Assembly (NCBI GenBank): GCA_041741715.1
Contig: JBGSJT010000469.1
Location: 14,082-78,081 of the forward strand
Direction: 5' to 3'
From: Pirellulaceae bacterium
GTDB taxonomy: Bacteria > Planctomycetota > Planctomycetia > Pirellulales > Pirellulaceae
Length of the DNA: 64,000 nucleotides
Shown in pieces: positions 27,043-37,727 of the stretch. The notes under the pieces were generated by a model, which was not told where the DNA came from, ran no database searches, and saw only the letters and a program-made list of their open reading frames with translations. The first letter of the stretch is position 1. Each line of letters starts with the position of its first letter. The position numbers and the translations under genes are program-made.

Positions 27043-29292
27043 TCACGATTCCAAAGCCATTCCGCCTGCACTATCAACGAAGATGACGCGAGGAAGCTGA
27101 GCTGTAAGGACTTCCATGCGCCGAAAGAGTTCTAGTTCTTGGCCCTCCTCTGGCGTTTGAAAGCCCATCAGAACGATTGCAGCATCTTTCGACTCCGCGT
27201 GGATGACATCCGCGATCGGAGAACGAGTAACAATCACTCGCGCCTCGGCTTCAATACGCGCACTGGCGGAAAGCTCCTTCAAGTGCTGCTGCACCTCTGC
27301 TCGCGCTTCCTCCTTTTCAACAACTCGTAACAGTCGAATGCTGTTGGAACGCCATTCTGTGTTTTGATGGAGCAAGTGCGCTAGTAACATCATCAGCGCA
27401 CCGTTTTCCATGCCCCGCCACCACACGTCGATTGTCCCCTGGGGAACCTCCCAATGTTGTTCGACGGAAGTGGTTTTCTCATCGTCCGTATTGCGATACT
27501 CTAGAAAACGTGCAGCGAGTACACTTTGTCCCATGCGCGCCACAACGCGAATAATTGAGCCAAAAGCCTCGGCCTTAGATTCGTCTTTGGGCCAACCGAG
27601 TAGGACTGTGTTAGGCTGCAAGCCACCGATACCGTGGCATTGCAATAGCGATTCGATGCCATCGGACAAGAATTCATTGACCGTAACCGCCGGGAAAGCT
27701 TGGAGCTCTTCCTTGGCAATGAACCCGCGCAAAGCTTTTTCGTAGCGTTTGCGACGTTCGGCGTGGTCTTCGATGTCACCGGTGACCACGTGCGCTAATG
27801 TCAATATGCCGTGCCCCGAAGTCAGCCAGTGTCCGTAGATCGGGATGTAAGCTCGCGTCCAACCTGTACCACTGAGCGCCATCACGATGGGTCGCCAGTT
27901 CTTGGGATGGTAGGCTTCTTCTTCAAGTTTCAAAAGTGCTCGCCGAGCCCGCTCGAACACAACACCACTCTGCAAATCGCCCCAACGTGACTCAATCTCT
28001 CGCCAGCGAATAAACCAGTGCAAGAGTGCAATGAAGCCGATCGAAACAATTGCCCAGACCCAGTTGATCAAAAACATTACTGCCACACAGCCAACGGCTC
28101 CAGCGAGTGAAATACTCCAGTGACGATAGCGAAACGTCGGACGATAGCTTGGATTCTTGGTGATCGCTTCATAGAAAGTGGCCAAGTTGAGCAGGCCATA
28201 GGTAATCATAAAAAACATAGTGATAATGGGAGCTATAGCGTTCAAATCGCCAAGCACAATACAGACTTGCGCGATGACGAAGGTGAGGACGGTTGCTCGA
28301 CGCGGTTCGTTAGATTGTCCGCTCCCCGACGAAAAAAACTTCAATGAACGGAAGATATCGTCCTTGGCGAAAGCTTGCAGAATGCGCGGTGCCCCCATCA
28401 TCGAACCAAGTGCCGAGGAGAGCGTCGCAGCGAAGACGCCTGCCGTGATCCAGATGGGCCAAGTGGCGATCTCACGTATAACCATCTTGTTCGAAATCAA
28501 CTCTTCGGCAGGTCTGGCGCAGCCGAGCAAGACGGCTTGAGAAATGTAGACAAGGGCTGTGACACCTACAGCCAACAACGTTCCCTTGGGAATCGACTTG
28601 GATGGATTCGCCAGGTCTCCCGACATATTGGCTCCCGCCATAATGCCTGTAACCGCTGGAAAAAATAACGCGAACATGGTGAAGAAGTTTTCACCTTCTG
28701 CAAACTTCGACGACAAGTTAGCTTGCAGGTAGCTCGGGTTGAAGTCCGCAATCGCACCTGTATAAAACGAACCGAGGGCCATGACTAAGATTGCTAAGAT
28801 CAAATACTGAACTTTGATGGTCCAGCCTGCGCCGATGTAAACGCACACGAAGACCGCTAGGTTCGAAAGGCTGGCGATCGCCAAAAAGCTACCAGAGACC
28901 CCAGGGAAGGTTTCTGTCACCGCCTCGGTAAATCCAATGACATACATCGCGACCGAAATGGCTTGCGCCAGAAAGAATAATACGCCAATCGCGCCGCCAA
29001 ACTCGACACCCAGTGAACGGCTGATAAGGTAGTAGGCCCCACCTCCCTTGACGCGCGTGTTGGTAGCGATCGCCGAGAGCGAAAGGGTCGTCAATGTTGT
29101 GATGACTTTGGCGGCGATTACGATCAGTACGGCGTAGATGACTCCCGACTGACCGACCACTTGGCCAAACCGCAGGAACATAATTACGCCAAGAATGGTT
29201 AGCGTGCAGGGAGTGAATACACCACCGAACATGCCAAATTTCTTGGTGCCTGACGGACTGGTTGTTGCGTTGCTGGCCATGAGGTTCGTCAT
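27043..29292 (-). CDS. SLC12-like cation-chloride cotransporter family / amino acid permease
   Basis: FGGVFTP, ILGVIMFLR, GGGAYYLISRSLGVEFGGAIG, FFPAVTGIMAGANMSGDL, APRILQA, HPKNWRP, and a C-terminal cytosolic domain (IDVWW). Confidence 0.92.
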   Translation of the reverse strand: MTNLMASNATTSPSGTKKFGMFGGVFTPCTLTILGVIMFLRFGQVVGQSGVIYAVLIVIAAKVITTLTTLSLSAIATNTRVKGGGAYYLISRSLGVEFGGAIGVLFFLAQAISVAMYVIGFTEAVTETFPGVSGSFLAIASLSNLAVFVCVYIGAGWTIKVQYLILAILVMALGSFYTGAIADFNPSYLQANLSSKFAEGENFFTMFALFFPAVTGIMAGANMSGDLANPSKSIPKGTLLAVGVTALVYISQAVLLGCARPAEELISNKMVIREIATWPIWITAGVFAATLSSALGSMMGAPRILQAFAKDDIFRSLKFFSSGSGQSNEPRRATVLTFVIAQVCIVLGDLNAIAPIITMFFMITYGLLNLATFYEAITKNPSYRPTFRYRHWSISLAGAVGCVAVMFLINWVWAIVSIGFIALLHWFIRWREIESRWGDLQSGVVFERARRALLKLEEEAYHPKNWRPIVMALSGTGWTRAYIPIYGHWLTSGHGILTLAHVVTGDIEDHAERRKRYEKALRGFIAKEELQAFPAVTVNEFLSDGIESLLQCHGIGGLQPNTVLLGWPKDESKAEAFGSIIRVVARMGQSVLAARFLEYRNTDDEKTTSVEQHWEVPQGTIDVWWRGMENGALMMLLAHLLHQNTEWRSNSIRLLRVVEKEEARAEVQQHLKELSASARIEAEARVIVTRSPIADVIHAESKDAAIVLMGFQTPEEGQELELFRRMEVLTAQLPRVIFVDSAGGMALES

Positions 29293-29437
29293 TGATCAAG
29301 AAAATGAAAGGCGATTGGGATTGGTCCGTTCCAACTGCAAGTTGTTTTTTGAGGTGTTGGCTGAACCTAGTACCACAACATATCAATATCTCTGTTATGA
29401 AGAAGTCCATTCCAAGTAAACCCGCCTCTGCCAAGGG

Positions 29438-29647
29438 TTGCATTTTTGGATCACGACTCGAACCAGCTCACAGCGCATGAAGATTGAAAGCGATATTCGC
29501 GTGCGCGTTGACGAAATGCTGCGCGTGGCGGAGTTTGCCATTGCATTTCCACAGCGGGATCTTCACATTCAAACCCTGCGTCCACTTGACCTGCGAATCC
29601 TAAGGGACGGCCCCAACGACAATCAAGACCTGCGGAAAGTGGTCTAG
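29438..29647 (+). pseudogene. C-terminal remnant of an MscS-family mechanosensitive channel
   Basis: HFW...R...SDIR...IAFPQRDLHI..LRPL, the typical MscS/MscK C-terminus; no TM or N-terminal part upstream. Confidence 0.7.
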
Positions 29648-29658
29648 CTGTACGCCAT

Positions 29659-31218
29659 CTAGACTTGATGTGCATCTCCATCTTCTTGGTAGACGACGCG
29701 GTACAAGTCCTTACGTCGATCATTCCAGTTCTGGACGGAGCCGGATTCTCGGTGCCGCCGCAGTTGCTCAAAGTCTAAATCATGAATGATGACCGTCTCG
29801 ACATTCGGGTTACATTCAGCCGCCACCGCATCCCGGGCAAATTCGATGTCGGCTGGGGTGAAAATACCGGACTGCGCGTAATGAATATCTGCGTTTTCGA
29901 CAAACGGTAAATTGCCAGTACAGCCTGAGATCGCTACGTACAAATGGTTTTCAATGCAGCGGGCTTGAGCGCAGTGGCGAACTCGTAGATAGCCGTGCCG
30001 AGTATCCGTATTGAAAGGGACGAAAATGATCTGTGCTCCCTTTTGGGAAGCAATTCGAGTCAGTTCGGGAAACTCGATGTCATAGCAGATCTGAATGGCG
30101 ACTTTACCGCAATCCGTGTCAAAGACTTCGACCCGATCTCCTGGACTAACACCCCACCATTTACGCTCGCTGGGGGTGATGTGGATCTTATACTGCTTTC
30201 CAATCGAGCCATCGCGTCCGAAGAGGTAGGCGATGTTATACAGCGTGCCATGCTCGACGACGAACTGGGAACCACCAATAACATTGACGTTGTACTTAAC
30301 TGCCATTTCGGCGAAGAAGTCTAGAAACTGAGGCGTAAACTCAGCCAGACGCCTGGCTGCCGTACCACGACGAGTGGCTTCCACACAGGAAAGCAGTTGG
30401 GTGGTAAACAATTCGGGGAAGAGGATGAAATCGCATTTGTAATCCGAGGCAGTGTCCAGAAAGAACTCACACTGTTGCGCAAATTCCTTGAAGCCCTTGA
30501 CGGAACGCATTTGGTATTGAACAACACAGATTCGAATTTGCTCAATGACGCTATGAAAACGCCGCTTGGCCCCAAGGACGTGATCGAGATTTGTCCATTC
30601 CAAGAAAGTCGCGTAACCACGCGACGCTTCATCGGATGGCAGATAGTTCGCAATCAAGCCCTTGACCATGAATCCGTTCGAGAGTTGTGCCGTTAATACT
30701 GGGTCATAAATTGCCTTTTCAAGAACTTGATCGATGTACTCCCGTGCGGTAAGCTTCTCGGCATGTTGGTGGTAATTCGGAATACGCCCGGCAATAATGA
30801 AGCGGCTTAGATTTTTGTTACGGCAAATCTCCTTGCGCGCATCATACAGCCTGCGCGAAAGTTTCATGCCACGAAAATCGGGATGCACCATAATCTCGAT
30901 GCCATAGAGTGTATCCCCCTTAGGATTGTGATTGCGGATAAAGCCGCCATCCGAGATGGCTTTCCCATTGTGCCATTCCAGATTGTCATTGTATTCTAGG
31001 ATTAGGCTTGAGGACGAAGCTGCTAATCGCCCGTCAACCTCGATTCCAATTTGGCCAGCAGGAAAGTTTTCTAGCTGACTCTGCAGTTGTTCGCGTGAAA
31101 CGGGCGGTATTCCCGGAAAGCAGATTTCCGCCATGGCCACCAATGCGTCGTAGTCATCTAGCGCAAGTTGGCGGACGCCTATATTCCATTCGAATTCCTT
31201 TAAGTTGAGCGTTTCCAT
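29659..31218 (-). CDS. Bifunctional GNAT acetyltransferase / carbon-nitrogen hydrolase (YhcX-like)
   Basis: N-terminal [34 protein letters not shown]; C-terminal triad [20 protein letters not shown]. Confidence 0.92.
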   Translation of the reverse strand: METLNLKEFEWNIGVRQLALDDYDALVAMAEICFPGIPPVSREQLQSQLENFPAGQIGIEVDGRLAASSSSLILEYNDNLEWHNGKAISDGGFIRNHNPKGDTLYGIEIMVHPDFRGMKLSRRLYDARKEICRNKNLSRFIIAGRIPNYHQHAEKLTAREYIDQVLEKAIYDPVLTAQLSNGFMVKGLIANYLPSDEASRGYATFLEWTNLDHVLGAKRRFHSVIEQIRICVVQYQMRSVKGFKEFAQQCEFFLDTASDYKCDFILFPELFTTQLLSCVEATRRGTAARRLAEFTPQFLDFFAEMAVKYNVNVIGGSQFVVEHGTLYNIAYLFGRDGSIGKQYKIHITPSERKWWGVSPGDRVEVFDTDCGKVAIQICYDIEFPELTRIASQKGAQIIFVPFNTDTRHGYLRVRHCAQARCIENHLYVAISGCTGNLPFVENADIHYAQSGIFTPADIEFARDAVAAECNPNVETVIIHDLDFEQLRRHRESGSVQNWNDRRKDLYRVVYQEDGDAHQV

Positions 31219-31308
31219 TGGCGAACTTCACCTTTCGAATTGATTGCGGTTCTTGACTTACGTCGCGGGGCTATGAAGCCATTTGAGGCTGGGATTGTAA
31301 GGCGGTTT

Positions 31309-32754
31309 CTAGGGTCTTGGAACGGACTGAGTTTCAATAAAATCATGCAATCCCTCTTCCCCACCTTCTCTGCCGAATCCGGAATGCTTCATGCCACCAA
31401 AGGGAGCTTCCGCGGTGGGACCGGAGCCGGTGTTATGCCCCACATGACCGAAACTTAGACGTGAAATCACCCGCTCCGCTCGAGCGTCGCTCTTCGTGAA
31501 GACATACGCCGCCAGGCCGTATTCAGTTGAGTTGGCTGCGGTAATAACTTCGTCCTCGTCGGTGAATTCAATGATTGGTGCCAGCGGACCAAACGTCTCG
31601 TCCTGGACACATTCCATGCTGGCGGTCACGCCGCGTAGTACCGTCGGAGCAAAAAAACTGCCCGCCTGCAAATTCGCAAGGCTGGCATCGCTACCTGCAA
31701 TTCGCTGCGCCCCTTTGGCCAGAGCATCGCTGACATGACGCTGGACTTTCTGAACGGCATTGCGATCTATGAGCGGCCCCATATCCGTCCCTTGATCCAT
31801 TCCATTGCCAACTTTCAGTGCAGTGGCCCGCGCGGCAAGTTTCTGCGAGAATTCTTCCGCGATACCAGCTTGCACGTAGACTCGATTGGCGCACACGCAG
31901 GTTTGTCCCGAGCCTCGGAACTTGTTGGCCATCAACTGTTCGACCGCTTGATCGATGTCTGCGTCATCGAACACAATGTATGGCGCGTTGCCCCCGAGTT
32001 CCAAAGAAAGTCGCTTCAAATGAGGTGCTGTGGCGGCCATCAGTTTTTTGCCCACGGGGGTCGAGCCGGTAAAGCTGATCACCCGCACCGCAGGATGTTC
32101 GCAAAGTACATCACTGATTTCACCAGCCGGACCGAGGACCAAGTTCGCCTTCCCGGCGGGCAGTTTTAATTGTTCCAGTAAGGTAAACAGTGCGACCACC
32201 GACAAAGGTGTTTTCGATGAGGGTTTAATAACGCAGCAGCAGTCCGCCGCCAGCGCTGCTGAGAATTTCTTGGCCAGCATGGCCAATGGGAAATTCCAGG
32301 GGGTCACCAACGCCGCGACTCCGGCAGGGCGATAGTTGACCGACCAACTATGGTCCCTTGGTCGGCCTGACAATTGCTTTGGCCGCAAGTGTTCGATACA
32401 CGTCGAGTAGAAACGAAAGAAGCTCGCTGCGTATTCGGCCTCACCTTGAGCCTCCTTCCACGGCTTGCCATGCTCATGCGTGATGACTCGTCCCAATTCC
32501 TTTCGATGTTCCGTGATCAAATCAGCTAGCTGACTTAGCCAGTGACTACGTTGTTCGATCGATGCTGGATTTGCGAGAGCAACAGCGGCCGCATCTACGG
32601 CTCGGTTCGTTTCGGTTTTGCCCATAACTGGAACAAGGGCAATGGTTTCACCCGTCGCGGGGTTGCGAACTGGCATCGTTTTCCCGCTATCGGCAGCACA
32701 CCAACTTCCGTCAATGTAGCCGAGCGAATTCTTTAACAAGGGTGACTCGAGCAT
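31309..32754 (-). CDS. gabD: NAD(P)-dependent succinate-semialdehyde dehydrogenase
   Basis: TPWNFP, SFTGST, LELGGNAP, KFRGSGQTCVCANR, ETFGP, APFGGMKHSGFGREG; track start is TTG 32796. Confidence 0.9.
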   Translation of the reverse strand: MLESPLLKNSLGYIDGSWCAADSGKTMPVRNPATGETIALVPVMGKTETNRAVDAAAVALANPASIEQRSHWLSQLADLITEHRKELGRVITHEHGKPWKEAQGEAEYAASFFRFYSTCIEHLRPKQLSGRPRDHSWSVNYRPAGVAALVTPWNFPLAMLAKKFSAALAADCCCVIKPSSKTPLSVVALFTLLEQLKLPAGKANLVLGPAGEISDVLCEHPAVRVISFTGSTPVGKKLMAATAPHLKRLSLELGGNAPYIVFDDADIDQAVEQLMANKFRGSGQTCVCANRVYVQAGIAEEFSQKLAARATALKVGNGMDQGTDMGPLIDRNAVQKVQRHVSDALAKGAQRIAGSDASLANLQAGSFFAPTVLRGVTASMECVQDETFGPLAPIIEFTDEDEVITAANSTEYGLAAYVFTKSDARAERVISRLSFGHVGHNTGSGPTAEAPFGGMKHSGFGREGGEEGLHDFIETQSVPRP

Positions 32755-32855
32755 TCTATTTCTTTCGATTTTGTTGTGGAGTTGGTGGTCTGTCAAAGTT
32801 AAGACCTAGGGTTGGCAGTAGTGGACGAGGTTATCAGTCCCTAACCTATAAAAAA

Positions 32856-33047
32856 TCAAGCGGACTCGCGGGCCTCGTCCACTACCTCAAACTCTTGGGT
32901 CGTAAACCCGCATCCGGTGAACGCCGACCGCGCCTGAAACTTGGCTGACTCTCTTGATAATCCCGTGAACATCAACGCCATCGCTGCCGCGCGTGTGATC
33001 AATAATGAGAGCGTGAGTGCTACAAGTAAAGATAAAACACCAATCAA
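32856..33047 (-). pseudogene. N-terminal remnant of a TrkA-C domain membrane protein
   Basis: ITRAAAMALMFTGLSRESAKFQARSAFTGCGFTT.E.EVV is the conserved start of this family; the ORF stops after about 60 aa. Confidence 0.7.
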
Positions 33048-33086
33048 GATCTGGCTCCGTTACCGCCGTCGACAACTACCTTACAA

Positions 33087-34610
33087 CTACGAATTGTGCG
33101 CACGGCCTATTTCCGCTTCAAGTCCTGCCCAGTCAATCTTTCCTTGACGATCCAACAGGCTGACCATTACAGCCACAAGCCCAGACATGACGAACGCTGG
33201 CGGCAATTCTGAAAGAGACTCGAAGCTACCACCAACTACCGGAATCTGCGGCGCGATGAACTTGAAAAACGGTACGCTGACAAAGCCAGTTATCATTGCC
33301 GCTAGAGCGCCGCGCGCGGTTAGCTTTGACCAGTAAAGTGATAGTATCATGGTCGGGCAAAACGTGGCTGAGATCCCCGACCAACCGAAAATAGCAAACC
33401 AAAACACGGTTCGCCCAGGAACCAGTGCGGCGACCGCAAATGCAATCGCCAGCGCGAACGCGGCAAGCAGGAAAGTCACCAGGCGACTTCGCCCGAGCAA
33501 TTTCGCATCGGACATCTCTGGATGTAAGACTTTTTGATAGTAGTCGCGCACAAACGCACTTGAGGCGAGCACTAAGAGCGAATCAACGGTGGACATGATG
33601 GCCGCCAAAACAATCGCGATGTACAAGCCGATGCCCCAGTCGGGAACTGCGGTGGCGACCAACATGGGTAAGACTTGCTGAGCGCCTGGTCCCAGTTCAG
33701 CGGTCATTGACTGTGACGGCGTCATTAGCAGCGCTCGTCCAACCATGCCGACTAGCACGGCTCCCAGCGTCGCGAGTAGAGTCCAGATGACCGCCACAAC
33801 GGCGCCTGGGCGAATTTCTTTTTCCGATCGCATAGAGAGAAATCGCACAAATATTTGGGGCGAACCAAGGAAACCTAAACCAATCGCCAAGAATCCTAGA
33901 ATCGTGAAGACGCTATTCCAACTCTGGCCTCCCGGTCCCCACAGTGATAACAATTGAGGGTCCTGTGCCCGGATTTGAGCAACTGCGGGAGCGGTGCCGC
34001 CGATCGCCATCAGACCAAACACCGGTAACGCGACTAAGCCTAGTACCATCAAACAGGCTTGGAAGACGTCCGACCAGACGACTGCCACAAACCCACCGCT
34101 GACGATGTAGACCAACACGACGGCAAAGCCAACGATTGCACCTACATAATAGTTCCATCCCAGAAAACCTTCGAAGGCAGTTCCAATGGCGTCGATCTGC
34201 GCGCTCACATAAATCGTCACGAATACGACTAGCGTGAATGCGGACACCAAGCGAATGCGTTGAGTCGTATCGCGCAGTCGTGATTCCAAGTAGTCGGGGA
34301 TGGTAATGGAATCGTAGCGATCGGTTAGCCGTTTAAACCTTCGGCAAAGAAAAATCCAGGCTGCGGCGACTCCTAGGACTTCACCTAGCACTACCCACAA
34401 CGCCTGCGCTCCGACGGCGGCCCCCATGCCGGTCAGCCCGATCAAAAGCCAAGCCGACTCGCCCGTCGCACGCGAAGAAAAGGCTGCGGCCCAGAACCCA
34501 AATCGCTTCCCTCCCGCATAGTAATCGCGCAGGTCCTTCATCTGCCGAGCAGCGTAGACGCCGATCAACAACAGAACAATCAAGTAGATAGCGATACCAA
34601 CGAGTTTCAT
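33087..34610 (-). CDS. putP: Sodium/proline symporter family (SSS) transporter
   Basis: YYAGG, SSRATGESAWLLIGL, ITIPDYLESR, GGFVAVVWSD, GFLGSPQIFVRF, LAAIMSTVDS, ELPPAF. Confidence 0.88.
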   Translation of the reverse strand: MKLVGIAIYLIVLLLIGVYAARQMKDLRDYYAGGKRFGFWAAAFSSRATGESAWLLIGLTGMGAAVGAQALWVVLGEVLGVAAAWIFLCRRFKRLTDRYDSITIPDYLESRLRDTTQRIRLVSAFTLVVFVTIYVSAQIDAIGTAFEGFLGWNYYVGAIVGFAVVLVYIVSGGFVAVVWSDVFQACLMVLGLVALPVFGLMAIGGTAPAVAQIRAQDPQLLSLWGPGGQSWNSVFTILGFLAIGLGFLGSPQIFVRFLSMRSEKEIRPGAVVAVIWTLLATLGAVLVGMVGRALLMTPSQSMTAELGPGAQQVLPMLVATAVPDWGIGLYIAIVLAAIMSTVDSLLVLASSAFVRDYYQKVLHPEMSDAKLLGRSRLVTFLLAAFALAIAFAVAALVPGRTVFWFAIFGWSGISATFCPTMILSLYWSKLTARGALAAMITGFVSVPFFKFIAPQIPVVGGSFESLSELPPAFVMSGLVAVMVSLLDRQGKIDWAGLEAEIGRAHNS

Positions 34611-34634
34611 TATTGCGCGAACTGCTTCAGTCCT

Positions 34635-35246
34635 CTAAAAAGTCGGGGGGGTACAGGCGCTAACAATTTCGCAGTCTTCAGTCCGCAAATTTCGAAAGCG
34701 GTGAGGGATCCGGCTGGAGAAGTAGTAGCCATCGCCTGCACCGAGAATCTCCGATTTATTTCCCACTGTTAGCTCGATGGCACCACGCACAATGACCCCT
34801 GCCTCTTCACCTTCGTGCGTGAGCATATCGGATCCAGTATCGCCACCTGGAACGTAAGTCTCATGTAAAACCTGCATTTGTCGGCCAGATATCTGTCCGC
34901 CAATCTGACGAAGTACAACCAAACCATCAGCGATGCGAGTCATCTCATGAGCTCGGAAGAAGATCTTTTTCTCCGGCTCAAACTCGTCTGCGAAAAAGTC
35001 GGCCAATGCGAGTCCGAACACCTGCAAAATCTTCTTCAATGATGCGACCGACGGACTGACTCGATTCTGTTCGATCATTGAGATAGCGCCGTTGGTCACG
35101 CCAGCTTGCTTGGCGAGCTCGCGTTGCGACATGCCATAAGTTTCTCGCAGACGGCGAACTCGGCTTCCGACATCAGCCAAATTGGGACTGGGCTCATTCG
35201 CAGGTATTTCCACTGTGTCGAGCCGTTTGTTAAGCATATTAAACAC
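34635..35246 (-). CDS. puuR: XRE-HTH/cupin transcriptional regulator, PuuR type
   Basis: SQRELAKQAGVTNGAISMIEQNRVSPSVASLKKIL, HEGEEAGV, GDGYYFSSRIPHRFRN, VSACTPPTF; the true start may be a few codons downstream. Confidence 0.9.
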   Translation of the reverse strand: MFNMLNKRLDTVEIPANEPSPNLADVGSRVRRLRETYGMSQRELAKQAGVTNGAISMIEQNRVSPSVASLKKILQVFGLALADFFADEFEPEKKIFFRAHEMTRIADGLVVLRQIGGQISGRQMQVLHETYVPGGDTGSDMLTHEGEEAGVIVRGAIELTVGNKSEILGAGDGYYFSSRIPHRFRNLRTEDCEIVSACTPPTF

Positions 35247-35319
35247 CTGGACGCGCGTGACAGACTAAATAAACACCTATTGCCACAAGTCTAGCAAGTA
35301 GTGTTTAATATATCAATCG
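35228..35319. promoter_or_regulatory. Putative PuuR operator sites in the divergent puuR/gabT promoter region
   Basis: TGTTAAGCATATTAAACA (35228-35245, TGTT-N10-AACA); ATATTAAACAC (35236-46) is the exact inverse of GTGTTTAATAT (35301-11); half site taaataaacac at about 35266. Confidence 0.55.
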
Positions 35320-35419
35320 CATGACTGGGTGGCTGCGAAGTACCTTTTCCTCTGGCTAAATCACGGAAAACAAGTTTAGCAGCCATGCGTTTAAATGAAT
35401 CAGCCGAGGATATCAGCAA

Positions 35420-36724
35420 ATGACAAGCAACGCGGACTTGATCGCACGACGACTCGCAGTCACTCCACGCGGTATCTCGATGGTCACGCCGGTTATCGCT
35501 GACTCAGCGTCGGGCGCGTGCCTGACGGACGCAAGTGGCCAGAAGGTCATTGATTTTGTGGGTGGTATTGGTGTCATGAATGTGGGGCACTGCCAACCAA
35601 CCGTAGTCCAAGCGATTACGGACCAGGCACAAAAACTGCTGCACACTTGTTTTCAGGTTGCAACTTACGAGCCATACGTTGCTCTCTGTGAAAAGCTCGG
35701 CGAGTTGTTGCCGCATGGAAAACATACGAAAACAATGTTGGTCAACTCCGGAGCGGAAGCGGTCGAGAACGCGATCAAGATTGCCAGGCAAGCCACGAAC
35801 CGATCTGCGGTAATTTGCTATACCGAAGGCTTTCATGGCCGCACGATGATGGCCATGTCGCTCACGTCCAAGTTCGGTTACAAGATCGGTTGCGGTCCCT
35901 ATGCACCGGAAGTCTATCGTTTGCCCTTTCCAAATTTCTACCGTTATGGTGACGGCCTTAGCGAGCCGACCTTTGTTGAGCGCGAACTGGATCGCTTTCG
36001 TGAGTCTTTGCTAAATACGGTTGCCGCTGAACAAGTAGCAGCGGTTATCCTTGAGCCCGTACAAGGCGAAGGGGGATTTGTGCCGGCACCACGCAAATAT
36101 CTTAGTGGATTGCGGACGATTTGTGATGAAAAAGGAATTCTGCTGATCTTAGACGAAGTTCAATCAGGGTTTTGTCGGACTGGGCGCTGGGCGGCTTACG
36201 AACACTACGGAGTGCTGCCGGATATCTCGACCTGGGCCAAGTCGATGGGAGGCGGACTGCCGATCGGTGCTGTCATGGGACGTGCGGACATCATGGATGC
36301 TGCTCGCCCCGGGACGATTGGCGGAACTTACGGAGGCAATCCAGTCTGTTGCGCGGCCGCATTGGCCACGATCAAGTTGATGGAGGAGCTGCAGCTCAAT
36401 ACGCGGGCAACTGTCATCGGTGAGATTATCAGCACACGACTGCGCGAGTTGCAATCGCGTTTTCCACAGCATATTGGCGACGTACGTGGCCTGGGCGCGA
36501 TGGTTGGTATGGAACTCGTTAATGCTGGCGATCCTCATCAGCCGGCCACCGACTTGACGTCACGTGTATTGAAGGCATGTGTCGCACGTGGCTTGCTCAT
36601 TTTAGGAGCAGGAATTTACGGCAATGTGATTCGCTGCTTGATGCCCTTGGTAATTTCCGACCAGCAGCTCAACCAGGGCCTTGATATTTTGATCGAAGAA
36701 ACAGAGCGAGCGATTGCGCAGTAA
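35420..36724 (+). CDS. gabT: 4-aminobutyrate aminotransferase (class III PLP)
   Basis: IDFVGGIGVMNVGH, NSGAEAVENAIKIAR, FHGRT, EPVQGEGGF, DEVQSGFCRTG, AKSMGGGLP, GGTYGGNP. Confidence 0.92.
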   Translation: MTSNADLIARRLAVTPRGISMVTPVIADSASGACLTDASGQKVIDFVGGIGVMNVGHCQPTVVQAITDQAQKLLHTCFQVATYEPYVALCEKLGELLPHGKHTKTMLVNSGAEAVENAIKIARQATNRSAVICYTEGFHGRTMMAMSLTSKFGYKIGCGPYAPEVYRLPFPNFYRYGDGLSEPTFVERELDRFRESLLNTVAAEQVAAVILEPVQGEGGFVPAPRKYLSGLRTICDEKGILLILDEVQSGFCRTGRWAAYEHYGVLPDISTWAKSMGGGLPIGAVMGRADIMDAARPGTIGGTYGGNPVCCAAALATIKLMEELQLNTRATVIGEIISTRLRELQSRFPQHIGDVRGLGAMVGMELVNAGDPHQPATDLTSRVLKACVARGLLILGAGIYGNVIRCLMPLVISDQQLNQGLDILIEETERAIAQ

Positions 36725-36762
36725 TCGCGAATTGGACAACTCTTACCAGGAGAAGAAGTAAC

Positions 36763-37653
36763 TTGACCCCTTTTGCCATTGGTGGCTTACAGTTGAACAC
36801 GTCTGGGCTGCGAGATAACCTGCCCTACATGACGGCCAAGCTCGACTATTTCATGTACCTTTTTCCATGGGTACAAATGGTCGTTTTCAGTGAACTAGCC
36901 AGTTACGGTCCCAATCCGGCCAAGGCAGAACCGCTGCCAGGTCCGGCCGAGCGTAAATTCCAAGAGATGGCGGCCAAACATAAGATCTGGATGATCAATG
37001 GATCACTCGTCGAGATTCTCAACGGCAAGCACTACAACACACTCTCGGTCATTGACCCGACCGGGGCGGTCGTCGGACGCTATCGCAAGATGTTTCCATT
37101 CTTGCCATACGAAGAAGGTACCGAATGTGGCGATTCATTCTTTGTATTTGATGTACCCGAGGTCGGACGGTTTGGCGTTTCCATTTGTTACGACATGTGG
37201 TTTCCAGAGACGACTCGCACACTCGTTAGCATGGGGGCCGAAGTCATTTTACACCCGACTCTGACTGGAACGATTGACCGAGACGTAGAACTCGCGATTG
37301 TTCGCGCCACCTGCGCCACCAATCAGTGTTTCATGATTGACATTAATGGTGTTGGTGATGGAGGCAACGGAAAAAGCATCATCTGCGGTCCAGCCGGCGA
37401 TGTGTTGCATCAATTCGGCGCTGCCGAAGAACTTGTACCAATGGAAATCGACTTGGACCGCGTTCGGCGATATCGTGAAGTTGGACTTCGCGGACTCGGA
37501 CAACCGCTGAAAAGCTTCCGTGACTCGAATGTCGTCTTCCCGGTTTACGCCCCAGGCGGACGAAAGGGTGACTATTTAAGTTCGCTCGGACCGCTAGAAA
37601 AGCAATCGCGAGGATCGCGATCTGGACTAGTTGAAGATGGACCGAAGTCCTGA
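36763..37653 (+). CDS. Carbon-nitrogen hydrolase (nitrilase superfamily)
   Basis: Triad FSE, YRKMFP, ICYDMWFPE; TTG start with AGGAG RBS. Confidence 0.9.
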   Translation: MTPFAIGGLQLNTSGLRDNLPYMTAKLDYFMYLFPWVQMVVFSELASYGPNPAKAEPLPGPAERKFQEMAAKHKIWMINGSLVEILNGKHYNTLSVIDPTGAVVGRYRKMFPFLPYEEGTECGDSFFVFDVPEVGRFGVSICYDMWFPETTRTLVSMGAEVILHPTLTGTIDRDVELAIVRATCATNQCFMIDINGVGDGGNGKSIICGPAGDVLHQFGAAEELVPMEIDLDRVRRYREVGLRGLGQPLKSFRDSNVVFPVYAPGGRKGDYLSSLGPLEKQSRGSRSGLVEDGPKS

Positions 37654-37727
37654 GGGAAATCAAAGTCTTGTCGACTTCCGCAACGACAAGAAATTGATTG
37701 GCTGAATACTAAGGGAGTTTACGAGAA

